A stretch of 26,240 bases of DNA from a virus (Duplodnaviria; Caudoviricetes). This document shows positions 1 to 7,108 of the stretch, one piece after another. How positions within the stretch are numbered: position 1 is the first letter of the stretch; each line of letters begins with the position of its first letter. Location of the stretch: IMG/VR virus record IMGVR_UViG_3300046786_000243, positions 1-26,240 of that record; one strand, written 5' to 3'. A program made the position numbers and the translations under genes. A model generated the notes under the pieces. That model was not told the origin of the DNA, did no database searches, and worked only from the letters and a program-made list of their open reading frames with translations.

Positions 1-1
1 T

Positions 2-313
2 AATTGTATTGAAAATTTAAGACTTGTGAGTAGATTGGTAAATAATAGAAATAGAAGTATGCAGATAACTAATACTTCTGGAATGACAGGTGTGCAATTT
101 TATTTGAAAAAGAGAGAACATTGGAATGATCCTTACTGGATAGCGTATTGTCGAGATATTAACGGTAAGCTTAAAAGTAAATCTTTTAATTGCAGACTTT
201 TAGGTTACGACAATGCTTATGAAAAAGCCTGTAAACATCGGGAACAAATGATACTAGCATTGAATGTAAAAAATGCAGGGTACACAGAACGTCATGGAAA
301 GGAAACAGCATGA
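2..313 (+). CDS. HNH homing endonuclease with C-terminal AP2 DNA-binding domain (5'-truncated by window edge)
   Basis: Frame is open from nt 2. NCIENLRLVSRLVNNRN is the tail of an HNH motif. It is followed by NTSGMTGV...WIAY...KSKSF...G...AYEKACKHREQ, the typical AP2 pattern of phage HNH-AP2 proteins. Confidence 0.85.
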   Translation, partial: NCIENLRLVSRLVNNRNRSMQITNTSGMTGVQFYLKKREHWNDPYWIAYCRDINGKLKSKSFNCRLLGYDNAYEKACKHREQMILALNVKNAGYTERHGKETA

Positions 314-417
314 AATTAATCAACACAATCATTTTAGGTGTTGCACTAACACCGTGTATCATCTATAATATATACAAATATAAGTGTAGAACTACTAAGT
401 CATTTGAACAACATTAA
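310..417 (+). CDS. Small 35-aa hydrophobic protein (MKLINTIILGVALTPCIIYNIYKYKCRTTKSFEQH)
   Basis: ATGA overlap with the upstream stop; fills the gap to the next RBS. It also contains a promoter, so it may be incidental. Confidence 0.4.
   Translation: MKLINTIILGVALTPCIIYNIYKYKCRTTKSFEQH
341..369 (+). promoter_or_regulatory. Sigma70-type promoter
   Basis: TTGCAC (341-346), 17-nt spacer, TATAAT (364-369); upstream of RBS TAAGGAGG and ATG 430. Confidence 0.7.
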
Positions 418-429
418 GGAGGATGAATA

Positions 430-864
430 ATGTGGAAGCCTGAAGTAGGACAGAAATATTTGTGTGTATGTGAACACCGGACAGCCACCAGAGAGGGAGA
501 TGTATTGAAAGTGGTAAAGAACCATAAAGATTTCAATACGGTTAAGTTACAAAATATCTCTACAGGTTACGAGCTTAATTGGGCATACGAAAAATTCCCT
601 GATGATTTTAAACTTGTACAAGGGGATATTCCAAAAATTAATATTCCAATGTTTGCAGAAGAAGATGATCTTAAAGTGTTTGCCTCCATGATTAAAAACT
701 TTAGTAATCCTGTTCAAGAGCTTACTCCACGTGATGCCCATGATTCACTACGTGTCCAACACATCTTAGCTGCTATGCAGCGTTATGTGGCAGCAAACAA
801 ACCTGTGCCAGAAGCTTGGATTGAAGAGCTAATTGATAAGATTGAGATTGAATATGAGCAATGA
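430..864 (+). CDS. Hypothetical phage protein, 144 aa
   Basis: Strong RBS (AAGGAGG). N-terminal KPEVGQKY resembles the KFKxGDxV motif common in small phage proteins. Confidence 0.85.
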   Translation: MWKPEVGQKYLCVCEHRTATREGDVLKVVKNHKDFNTVKLQNISTGYELNWAYEKFPDDFKLVQGDIPKINIPMFAEEDDLKVFASMIKNFSNPVQELTPRDAHDSLRVQHILAAMQRYVAANKPVPEAWIEELIDKIEIEYEQ

Positions 865-967
865 ACGTGGCTATTGCCTAACATGTGGACGTGTAGTAGA
901 ATACCCTCATAAATTTTGTTGTGAAGCATGTCAAAAACAATGGTGGAAACGAGCTAATTTTAGATAG
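854..967 (+). CDS. 37-aa zinc-finger micro-protein (MSNERGYCLTCGRVVEYPHKFCCEACQKQWWKRANFR)
   Basis: Not in the ORF track; translated by hand. CxxCG...KFCxxxC treble-clef pattern. Overlaps the upstream stop and ends at the RBS (AGGAG) of the next gene. Confidence 0.75.
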   Translation: MSNERGYCLTCGRVVEYPHKFCCEACQKQWWKRANFR

Positions 968-974
968 GAGAGTA

Positions 975-1124
975 ATGAGCCCACGTTGTAAACGTTATAA
1001 GAATGTATTTGTAGCTCCAGCTAGTGATCTATGGAAGGCTATTGAGAATAAAGATAGCAAGAAGGCTGAAGAGCTATACAAGGAAGCTTTGAAGAAAGAT
1101 AGAGAATATGAAGTGATCGAATAG
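975..1124 (+). CDS. Hypothetical protein, 49 aa (start revised from 921)
   Basis: AGGAG at 966-970 precedes ATG 975 (MSPRCKRYK...). Confidence 0.7.
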   Translation: MSPRCKRYKNVFVAPASDLWKAIENKDSKKAEELYKEALKKDREYEVIE

Positions 1125-1132
1125 GAGGGGGT

Positions 1133-1927
1133 ATGGAGGGAACATTTAATATAACTAACATAGATTGTATAAAAGGTCTTAAGGAAATTTCTGATAAACA
1201 GGTTGACTTGACTGTAACTTCTCCACCATACGATAATCTCAGAGATTATCAAGGAATTTCTTGGAATAGTATTGTATGGAAAGAGGTTTTACAGCAAATC
1301 TATAGAGTAACAAAAGATGGTGGTGTTTTAGTGTGGATTGTTGGGGATTCTGTTGTTAATGGTAGTGAGACTGGAACATCTTTCGAGCAAGCATTATATG
1401 CAAAGGAAATCGGGTTTAACTTGCACGATACAATGATATATGCTAAGGATAGTTTTGCCTTTCCGATGAATACTAGATACCACCAAGTTTTTGAGTATAT
1501 GTTTATACTATCAAAAGGTAAACCGAAAACATTTAACATGATTAAAGATAGGTTAAACAAGAGTGTTGGTTGTAAGTTATCATCCACTGACAGACAAAAG
1601 GATGGTTCGTTATCTGTTGTTGATTTTTCTAAAAGAAATAACAAGGAAATCAAGGAGTATGGTGGAAGATTTAATATATGGGAGTACAAAATAGGGAGAG
1701 GTAAGATTGGTGACTATTCCACACATCCAGCCCCGTTTCCAGAAAAACTGGCAGAAGATCACATTATATCTTGGAGCAATGAAGGAGACACAGTGCTTGA
1801 CCCTTTTTGCGGAAGTGGCACAACAGGTAAAATGGCAGTAATTAACAACAGAAATTTTATTGGGTTTGATCTTTCTAGTGATTACTGTGAAATTGCCAGT
1901 ACAAGAATTAAAAAGGCTTTATTGTAA
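1133..1927 (+). CDS. Orphan DNA methyltransferase, N4-cytosine/N6-adenine beta class
   Basis: Motif IV TSPPY precedes HPAPFP and motif I VLDPFCGSGTT. SPPY is commonly associated with m4C. Confidence 0.93.
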   Translation: MEGTFNITNIDCIKGLKEISDKQVDLTVTSPPYDNLRDYQGISWNSIVWKEVLQQIYRVTKDGGVLVWIVGDSVVNGSETGTSFEQALYAKEIGFNLHDTMIYAKDSFAFPMNTRYHQVFEYMFILSKGKPKTFNMIKDRLNKSVGCKLSSTDRQKDGSLSVVDFSKRNNKEIKEYGGRFNIWEYKIGRGKIGDYSTHPAPFPEKLAEDHIISWSNEGDTVLDPFCGSGTTGKMAVINNRNFIGFDLSSDYCEIASTRIKKALL

Positions 1928-1948
1928 ATATTTATACAGGAGATATGT

Positions 1949-4063
1949 ATGGAAGGTTGGTTATGGGACATTGAGGCTGATGGCCTCTATCTATTATCTA
2001 AGAAAGTGTGGTACATGCGTTTCAAAAGTCTGGATGGTAGTAAAACAATGTACCTCCATCCATTCCGTCAACCTAAAGAGTATGTCACAGAAAAAATTCT
2101 AGAATGGATTAACTCCTTCAATGATGGAGTTATTGTAGCAGGACATAATATCTTAGGCTACGATGCTTGGATGTTGTGGAAGTTTTTTGGTATCAAGCCA
2201 GTTGTAGGTAAAGGTGGAAAAGATTACTTTGGTGGTAAGCAAGTTCAGTTTGTGGACAGTCTAATATTGTCACAATATTTACAGCCCGACTTAATGAAGC
2301 ACTCGTTAGAATACCTTGCCAGAGGTAGTGAAGACGAGAAGATGGACTATCGAGCTAAGCTTGTAGAAGCCGGAGTTATGATTGGTAATGAGCCAAAAGG
2401 TCATGAATTCTCTTTCTACCACGATATTATGCCTAGCTATTGTGATGATGACGTTGATGCTAATATAGGTGTATTAAAAAAACTCTGGAAGCAAGCTAAA
2501 GAGATGTATGGTGATAGTTGGATTCACCCAAGCTTTAAGCAGATGCAAAAAGATTACTTTCTATATTCAGCACAAGCCTACACAGGTGTTAAGTTTAATA
2601 TAGAGAAGGCTAAGGCTCTCACAGCACACATTGAAACTGAGATGGCTAGGATTAAAGAGGAAGTTGATCCGTTACTTCCACCACGACCTCTGAAGACAGC
2701 AGAACAGGCTTATTACAAAATCCCTGCTAAGCCTTTCAAACGTTCAGGAGAACTCAGTGGAGTAATGGAGAAGTGGCTGGAGAAGCATAATGCTAAACTA
2801 GAGGATGGTTATATTTACGCATATGGCCTCAAGACAAAATTAGTTGCTAATGAAGTATTGCCTGTCAAGCTTCCAATGGAAATTGATGATAATGTTGAGC
2901 TTAAACAGTATTTCATTGATAGTGGCTGGAAGCCTAGTGAGGACTATTGGAACTTTAAGAAAGGGCCAGATGGTAAGCCAGTTAGAGATGAAAGAGGTAA
3001 GCTAATTGCTACTACACCCAAGATTCAACACGCTGGTAATCTATGTCCAAACCTTCTTAAGCTTGATGGTGAGATACCAGCTAAGGTGGTTAAGTTTCTA
3101 TCACTGAGGAACAGGCTAGGGGTTGTTACTGGGTGGCTTAGTAATCCAAGATTAGAGTTTGACGGTAGGATTAGTGCTGAGATTAGTGGATATACACCTA
3201 CGTTCAGGGTACGACATCGTACAGTCGTAAATTGCCCCAAAGCTGATGTTAAGGTATTACTGGGTTCAGAGATGCGCGATCTATTTACAGTAGATAAGGG
3301 GTTTTGGTATTGTGGGGCTGACCAGTCCGCACTTGAGAATAGAACATTAGCTGCATACACTATCAAATATGATGGTGGTAAATTTGCTGACATGGTACTT
3401 AATGGTGATAGTCACAGTTTTAATAGTTTCGCATTCTTCCCCAATTTAAGGGAGAAATTTGATATTAATGATCCTACAAATAAGGACAATCCAGATTTCA
3501 AACCTTGGAGGAATAAAAGTAAAACAGGGAGCTACCTATTAGCCTATGGTGGTGGTGTAGGTAAACTGGCATCTAGTCTCGGATTATCTAAGACTGAAGC
3601 ACAGATTGCATATGATAACTACTGGATTGCTAACTACGGCTTAGGTCAATTTAAGGATAAAGTAGAGCAATATTTCTCAACTGTTGGTAAGAATAAATAT
3701 GTTCCAGCATGGGATGGCAGATTACTTTCTGTACGTGGAAAGAATGTACTTGTAAATTGTCTAGGTCAAAGTTTAGGGGCAATAGCTATGAGTATTACTG
3801 CCTGCTTTATGGATGCTAAACTGGGTGAGATGTATATTGATAAACTTGGAAGACCATATTATCTATACAAAGGGAAAATGGTAAAGAGAATCAGTCTTGT
3901 TCACGATGAATATTCTTGGGAAGTAGAAGGGGGTATTCAAGATGATGTTGCTAAATTAATGGTAGACTGTATGGTAGAGGCTGGCAAATATCTTAAACTT
4001 CCGTTAGAATTAGCAGGAGAAGCTAAGATTAGTTTTGAAGGATCATGGAGAGATGTACATTAA
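1949..4063 (+). CDS. polA: DNA polymerase, family A (T7-like: 3'-5' exonuclease + polymerase)
   Basis: ExoI DIEADG, ExoII GHNILGYD, ExoIII YCDDDV; motif A GADQSALENR, motif B RNKSKTGSYLLAYGGG, motif C VHDEY; C-terminal SWRDVH. Confidence 0.96.
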   Translation: MEGWLWDIEADGLYLLSKKVWYMRFKSLDGSKTMYLHPFRQPKEYVTEKILEWINSFNDGVIVAGHNILGYDAWMLWKFFGIKPVVGKGGKDYFGGKQVQFVDSLILSQYLQPDLMKHSLEYLARGSEDEKMDYRAKLVEAGVMIGNEPKGHEFSFYHDIMPSYCDDDVDANIGVLKKLWKQAKEMYGDSWIHPSFKQMQKDYFLYSAQAYTGVKFNIEKAKALTAHIETEMARIKEEVDPLLPPRPLKTAEQAYYKIPAKPFKRSGELSGVMEKWLEKHNAKLEDGYIYAYGLKTKLVANEVLPVKLPMEIDDNVELKQYFIDSGWKPSEDYWNFKKGPDGKPVRDERGKLIATTPKIQHAGNLCPNLLKLDGEIPAKVVKFLSLRNRLGVVTGWLSNPRLEFDGRISAEISGYTPTFRVRHRTVVNCPKADVKVLLGSEMRDLFTVDKGFWYCGADQSALENRTLAAYTIKYDGGKFADMVLNGDSHSFNSFAFFPNLREKFDINDPTNKDNPDFKPWRNKSKTGSYLLAYGGGVGKLASSLGLSKTEAQIAYDNYWIANYGLGQFKDKVEQYFSTVGKNKYVPAWDGRLLSVRGKNVLVNCLGQSLGAIAMSITACFMDAKLGEMYIDKLGRPYYLYKGKMVKRISLVHDEYSWEVEGGIQDDVAKLMVDCMVEAGKYLKLPLELAGEAKISFEGSWRDVH

Positions 4064-4300
4064 ATGACATACACAAACCAATACGTAGATTTATCTAACC
4101 CTAACGAGTTCTCTGTATATGATACTAAATATCTAGATGACTTTGCAGCACCTTGTAACGGAGGATACCGAAGATGGGCAGTTAAAATAGCTGGAAAGAC
4201 TTCTACAGTGTCTAGAATTATTTGGGAGCTATTTAACGGCAAAATTCCAGAAGGTATGCAGATTGACAGGGAAGATGGAAATGCCTACAATGACAAATAA
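4064..4300 (+). pseudogene. Chimeric remnant: N-terminus of a homolog of the 5073 gene fused to a decayed HNH endonuclease fragment
   Basis: Residues 7-37 match residues 3-33 of ORF 5073 (20/31 identical). The remainder, SRIIWELFNGKIPEGMQIDREDGNAYND*, is an HNH_3-type segment with both expected His residues lost and an early stop. Confidence 0.75.
4263..4291 (+). promoter_or_regulatory. Near-consensus sigma70 promoter upstream of the Dam-like methylase
   Basis: TTGACA (4263-4268), 17-nt spacer, TACAAT (4286-4291); 65 nt before ATG 4357. Confidence 0.7.
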
Positions 4301-4356
4301 AGAAAAGATTGCTAGTCATGGCTTTGATAGTAAAACAAGTTTTAGAGGGAAATAAT

Positions 4357-5070
4357 ATGCGATATTTAGGTGGGAAAAGTAAAATTAGGAAACAATTGGC
4401 AGAGGTTCTTGAGAGTTATCGAGAACCTAGCCAAGTATACTTTGAGCCATTTGTGGGTGGTGGATGGGTACTTCAAGAGGTATCTGGGAAGCGAATTGCA
4501 AGTGATGGTAACGACGCTTTGATAGCAATGTATAAGGCTCTGCAAGGTGGTTGGGTTCCTCCGGATTATGTAAGCGAGGAAGATTGGCGTAAATACAGAC
4601 AAAACAAGGTATGCGAGAAAGACCCTATGCAGGCGTTTGCAAGATTTGGGTGTGGTTTTGGTGGGGATTGGATGGGGGGTTACGCAAGATCAGAAGGTAA
4701 ATATTGCTATGCAGCAGGCAGTAAGCGCAGCTTGTTAAAACAACTTCCTAAAATCATTGATGTAGATTTCAGATACGGTTTGTACACAGACCATTCACCA
4801 GAAAATATGTTAATATATTGTGACCCTCCGTATGAAGGAACCACGCAGTATGGTGCTTTCAAAGAGTTTGATAACAATATGTTCTGGCAAGTCATGAGAG
4901 ACTGGTCTAAAAACAACACAGTTCTAATATCTGAGTACCAAGCGCCCAACGATTTTGAATGTGTTGGAGAGTTTCAGAGTCAGATGGGACTGTCGTCTAA
5001 GAACAGTGCTAACAAGGTTTCTAGAGAAAAAAGAACTGAAAAACTTTTTAAACTAAAAACAGAAAGGTAA
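4357..5070 (+). CDS. DNA adenine methyltransferase, Dam/D12-like alpha class (start revised from 4309)
   Basis: MRYLGGKSK N-terminus, motif I YFEPFVGGG, motif IV IYCDPPY, VLISEY; RBS GAGGGA before ATG 4357. Confidence 0.92.
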   Translation: MRYLGGKSKIRKQLAEVLESYREPSQVYFEPFVGGGWVLQEVSGKRIASDGNDALIAMYKALQGGWVPPDYVSEEDWRKYRQNKVCEKDPMQAFARFGCGFGGDWMGGYARSEGKYCYAAGSKRSLLKQLPKIIDVDFRYGLYTDHSPENMLIYCDPPYEGTTQYGAFKEFDNNMFWQVMRDWSKNNTVLISEYQAPNDFECVGEFQSQMGLSSKNSANKVSREKRTEKLFKLKTER

Positions 5071-5072
5071 AA

Positions 5073-5732
5073 TTGAGCTACATTGACCTATCAAACCCTG
5101 ATGAATTTAATCATGCTGATGCAAAATATGTTGACGATTTTTCCCCTGTTGTAAATGGTGGGTATAGGCGTTGTCCTCCTTCTGCATATTGGCTAGAAAG
5201 GATTGGCTGTACACATGAATTTATTCAGGAGATACGAGAAAAAGTAGCTCAGGGTGTTAGTTGTAGAAGTCTTGTACATCAATACCGCTACCCAATAAAC
5301 GTTATTCAGTTTATGATTAGCGGTAAACACCCTGACTTTCCTGAGCCTGTTATTGTCCCTGATGAGCTTAAGCCTAAAAGGGGTCGTAAGAAGCATGGTG
5401 AAAATAAGGTATTGGATAAATATAGGAAAGAGTTGACAACGTATCAGGAAGAAGCTATTCTAGCTGCATTGAAACAGTTGTTAGTAGATGGCGAGACAGA
5501 GATTGCTATTAGGTTTCCTGCTTTTGTGTTACCTCCTGTATGGTGGCCTGCGTGTGAGAGAACTAGCAGGGGTGGGCACAATAATAATTTCTTCTACCCA
5601 TTGACAAGATGGTACAGGGTTAAAAAGTTATTGTTATCTTTTTCAAAAGCTGATAAAGTATTAATGACGGAACAAGAAATTAATTTGATTTATAAACAAG
5701 CTAAAAAGATGAAGGAGAAACTTGATGTTTAA
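5073..5732 (+). CDS. Hypothetical protein, possible DNA-binding (HTH-like segment, basic KPKRGRKK)
   Basis: 219-aa ORF, TTG start with AAGG RBS. IQEIREKVAQGVSCRSLVHQY...IQFMISGK resembles an HTH. Confidence 0.75.
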   Translation: MSYIDLSNPDEFNHADAKYVDDFSPVVNGGYRRCPPSAYWLERIGCTHEFIQEIREKVAQGVSCRSLVHQYRYPINVIQFMISGKHPDFPEPVIVPDELKPKRGRKKHGENKVLDKYRKELTTYQEEAILAALKQLLVDGETEIAIRFPAFVLPPVWWPACERTSRGGHNNNFFYPLTRWYRVKKLLLSFSKADKVLMTEQEINLIYKQAKKMKEKLDV

Positions 5733-5934
5733 ACGTGTGGATATTGTTGATAATGAAAAGCTGAAAGGATTTAGTTACATCAATAAAGATGGTGATGAAG
5801 AGTCTGTATCACTGCCAGTTGGCTTGTATGGTCTCGTTGATATCTCTGTAGATGATAATGAGGTACGTGTCTACAAAGAAGATATCCCTAAATTGATTAA
5901 AGCACTAGAAGCTGTTTACAACTATAAAGATTGA
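5725..5934 (+). CDS. Hypothetical protein, 69 aa
   Basis: AAGGAG RBS before ATG 5725; C-terminal DIPKLIKALE motif. Confidence 0.8.
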   Translation: MFKRVDIVDNEKLKGFSYINKDGDEESVSLPVGLYGLVDISVDDNEVRVYKEDIPKLIKALEAVYNYKD

Positions 5935-5943
5935 TGTTATAAT
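5915..5943 (+). promoter_or_regulatory. Sigma70 promoter with extended -10, upstream of the tRNA
   Basis: TTTACA (5915-5920), 17-nt spacer, TG-n-TATAAT (5935-5943). Confidence 0.75.
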
Positions 5944-5985
5944 ATGTGTGTTGGTTAACACGTTAGTTATTCCGACTACCAATAT

Positions 5986-6060
5986 CCCGCTATGTTGTAA
6001 TGGATAGCAAACAATTCTTCTAAAGTTGGAGTCCTAGTTCAATTCTGGGTAGCGGGGCCA
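5986..6060 (+). tRNA. tRNA-Arg(UCU)
   Basis: Acceptor CCCGCTA/TAGCGGG; D-stem TTGT/GCAA; anticodon stem CAATT/AGTTG with loop CT-TCT-AA; T-arm CCTAG-TTCAATT-CTGGG; discriminator G and encoded CCA. Confidence 0.92.
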
Positions 6061-6075
6061 TATAAAAGAGCAAAC

Positions 6076-6345
6076 ATGAAAAGAAATAAACCCCTGTATT
6101 TCGTATTAGATCGTAGAGAAAGCAGAAAAGAGAAACGCCCTGTACGTACAATCGCTAGAGAATGTAATAAACAAATGTCTGTACGTGCTTGTCTAAAGAA
6201 CAAAATGTATAGAGCCTTCTGGTGGCACATTAAACAATTTAAACTTGGTAACACGTTCTTTCCAGCTAAGATGTTTAAACACAGAGCTATTAAAGCAATG
6301 CAACAATTAAGAAAGGAAGCACAATGTACATCCGTTATCTTTTAA
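6076..6345 (+). CDS. Hypothetical, very basic 89-aa protein
   Basis: K/R-rich ORF with native codon style; overlaps the next gene. Confidence 0.7.
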   Translation: MKRNKPLYFVLDRRESRKEKRPVRTIARECNKQMSVRACLKNKMYRAFWWHIKQFKLGNTFFPAKMFKHRAIKAMQQLRKEAQCTSVIF

Positions 6346-6875
6346 GCATCCCCCTAGACTGGTTTATGACAATTCTAGGGCTTGTATTAGCTCCTGTTCT
6401 TCCGCTATTTGCGAATAGCGAATGTAAGCTCCCTAAATGGCTTTCATGGTTTGATACAGATGACAATACTCTTGATGGTGATGAGGGCTGGCAGAAAGAA
6501 CATCTTCTAGCATTAAACTGTAAGGGTGATAACCTAGACCCTCTACGAATTTATCTTAAACGTGCCTGCTGGTTATTCCGTAATACAGCGTATACCTTCA
6601 GCAGAAACATTATGGGTGTAGCTATTGAAGCAGATAATGTGGTAATCTGGAAAGGTAATCAGAAGGTAGGTAATCGTCCTCTGTCAGAAGGTTATTGTTA
6701 TGCTACCTGTAAACATCGTTTCATGTTCTATTATGTGAAGAAAACCTTCAAGGGTAAATGTTTACGTGTTTATCTAGGCTGGAAGCTAAAGAACAAAGTA
6801 GACCACCCTGAATGGGAAGGTAAAGCAATGTTAGTGTTTTCATTTAATCCGTTTATGTCTTATAGTGAATATTAA
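6324..6875 (+). CDS. Conserved phage hypothetical protein with N-terminal hydrophobic helix
   Basis: AAGGAAG RBS. LPKWLSWFDTDDNTLDGD...WLFRN..Y...YLGWKL is a pattern recalled from a widespread phage family of unknown function. Confidence 0.8.
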   Translation: MYIRYLLSIPLDWFMTILGLVLAPVLPLFANSECKLPKWLSWFDTDDNTLDGDEGWQKEHLLALNCKGDNLDPLRIYLKRACWLFRNTAYTFSRNIMGVAIEADNVVIWKGNQKVGNRPLSEGYCYATCKHRFMFYYVKKTFKGKCLRVYLGWKLKNKVDHPEWEGKAMLVFSFNPFMSYSEY

Positions 6876-6911
6876 ATGAAAAACCCATTTATGAGCTACA
6901 GTGAGTATTGA
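6876..6911 (+). repeat. Recoded duplicate of the last 9 codons of the upstream gene, forming mini-ORF MKNPFMSYSEY*
   Basis: 6846-6875 aat ccg ttt atg tct tat agt gaa tat taa versus 6882-6911 aac cca ttt atg agc tac agt gag tat tga; both encode NPFMSYSEY*. Confidence 0.85.
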
Positions 6912-6933
6912 GCAATACTAGAGTATTAAGCAA

Positions 6934-7100
6934 TGTAGCTAGGAGGGGCGCTACGCGCTCTTCTGAGCTTGCAACACTATGGGTAGATAGTGGCTACTAG
7001 GAACACTACCACGAGGCAGGGAAGGGCTGCCGTTACACAGCAGGAGGGAGAGATTTAACAATCTCATATGCCCAACAATTTCCTAATCGCTTATAAGGAG
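6934..7100 (+). ncRNA. Putative structured RNA leader of the ssb gene (4 hairpins, possible H-type pseudoknot)
   Basis: GC-rich intergenic stretch. Hairpins at 6934-6973, CACTAT/ATAGTG 6975-6992, GGCAG/CTGCC 7015-7031, GAGATT/AATCTC 7050-7065. Loop GGTAG is complementary to CTACC 7006-7010. Confidence 0.55.
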
Positions 7101-7108
7101 CAAATGCA

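Noticed and set aside
4290-4355. 21-aa ORF MTNKEKIASHGFDSKTSFRGK between the HNH remnant and the MTase
   Set aside because: Its ATG overlaps the predicted -10 box and it has no recognisable motif; likely debris.
6934-7080. tRNA or named riboswitch/ribozyme in the ssb leader
   Set aside because: No cloverleaf, T-loop or CCA, and no catalytic or aptamer consensus I can recognise; kept only as an unassigned structured RNA.
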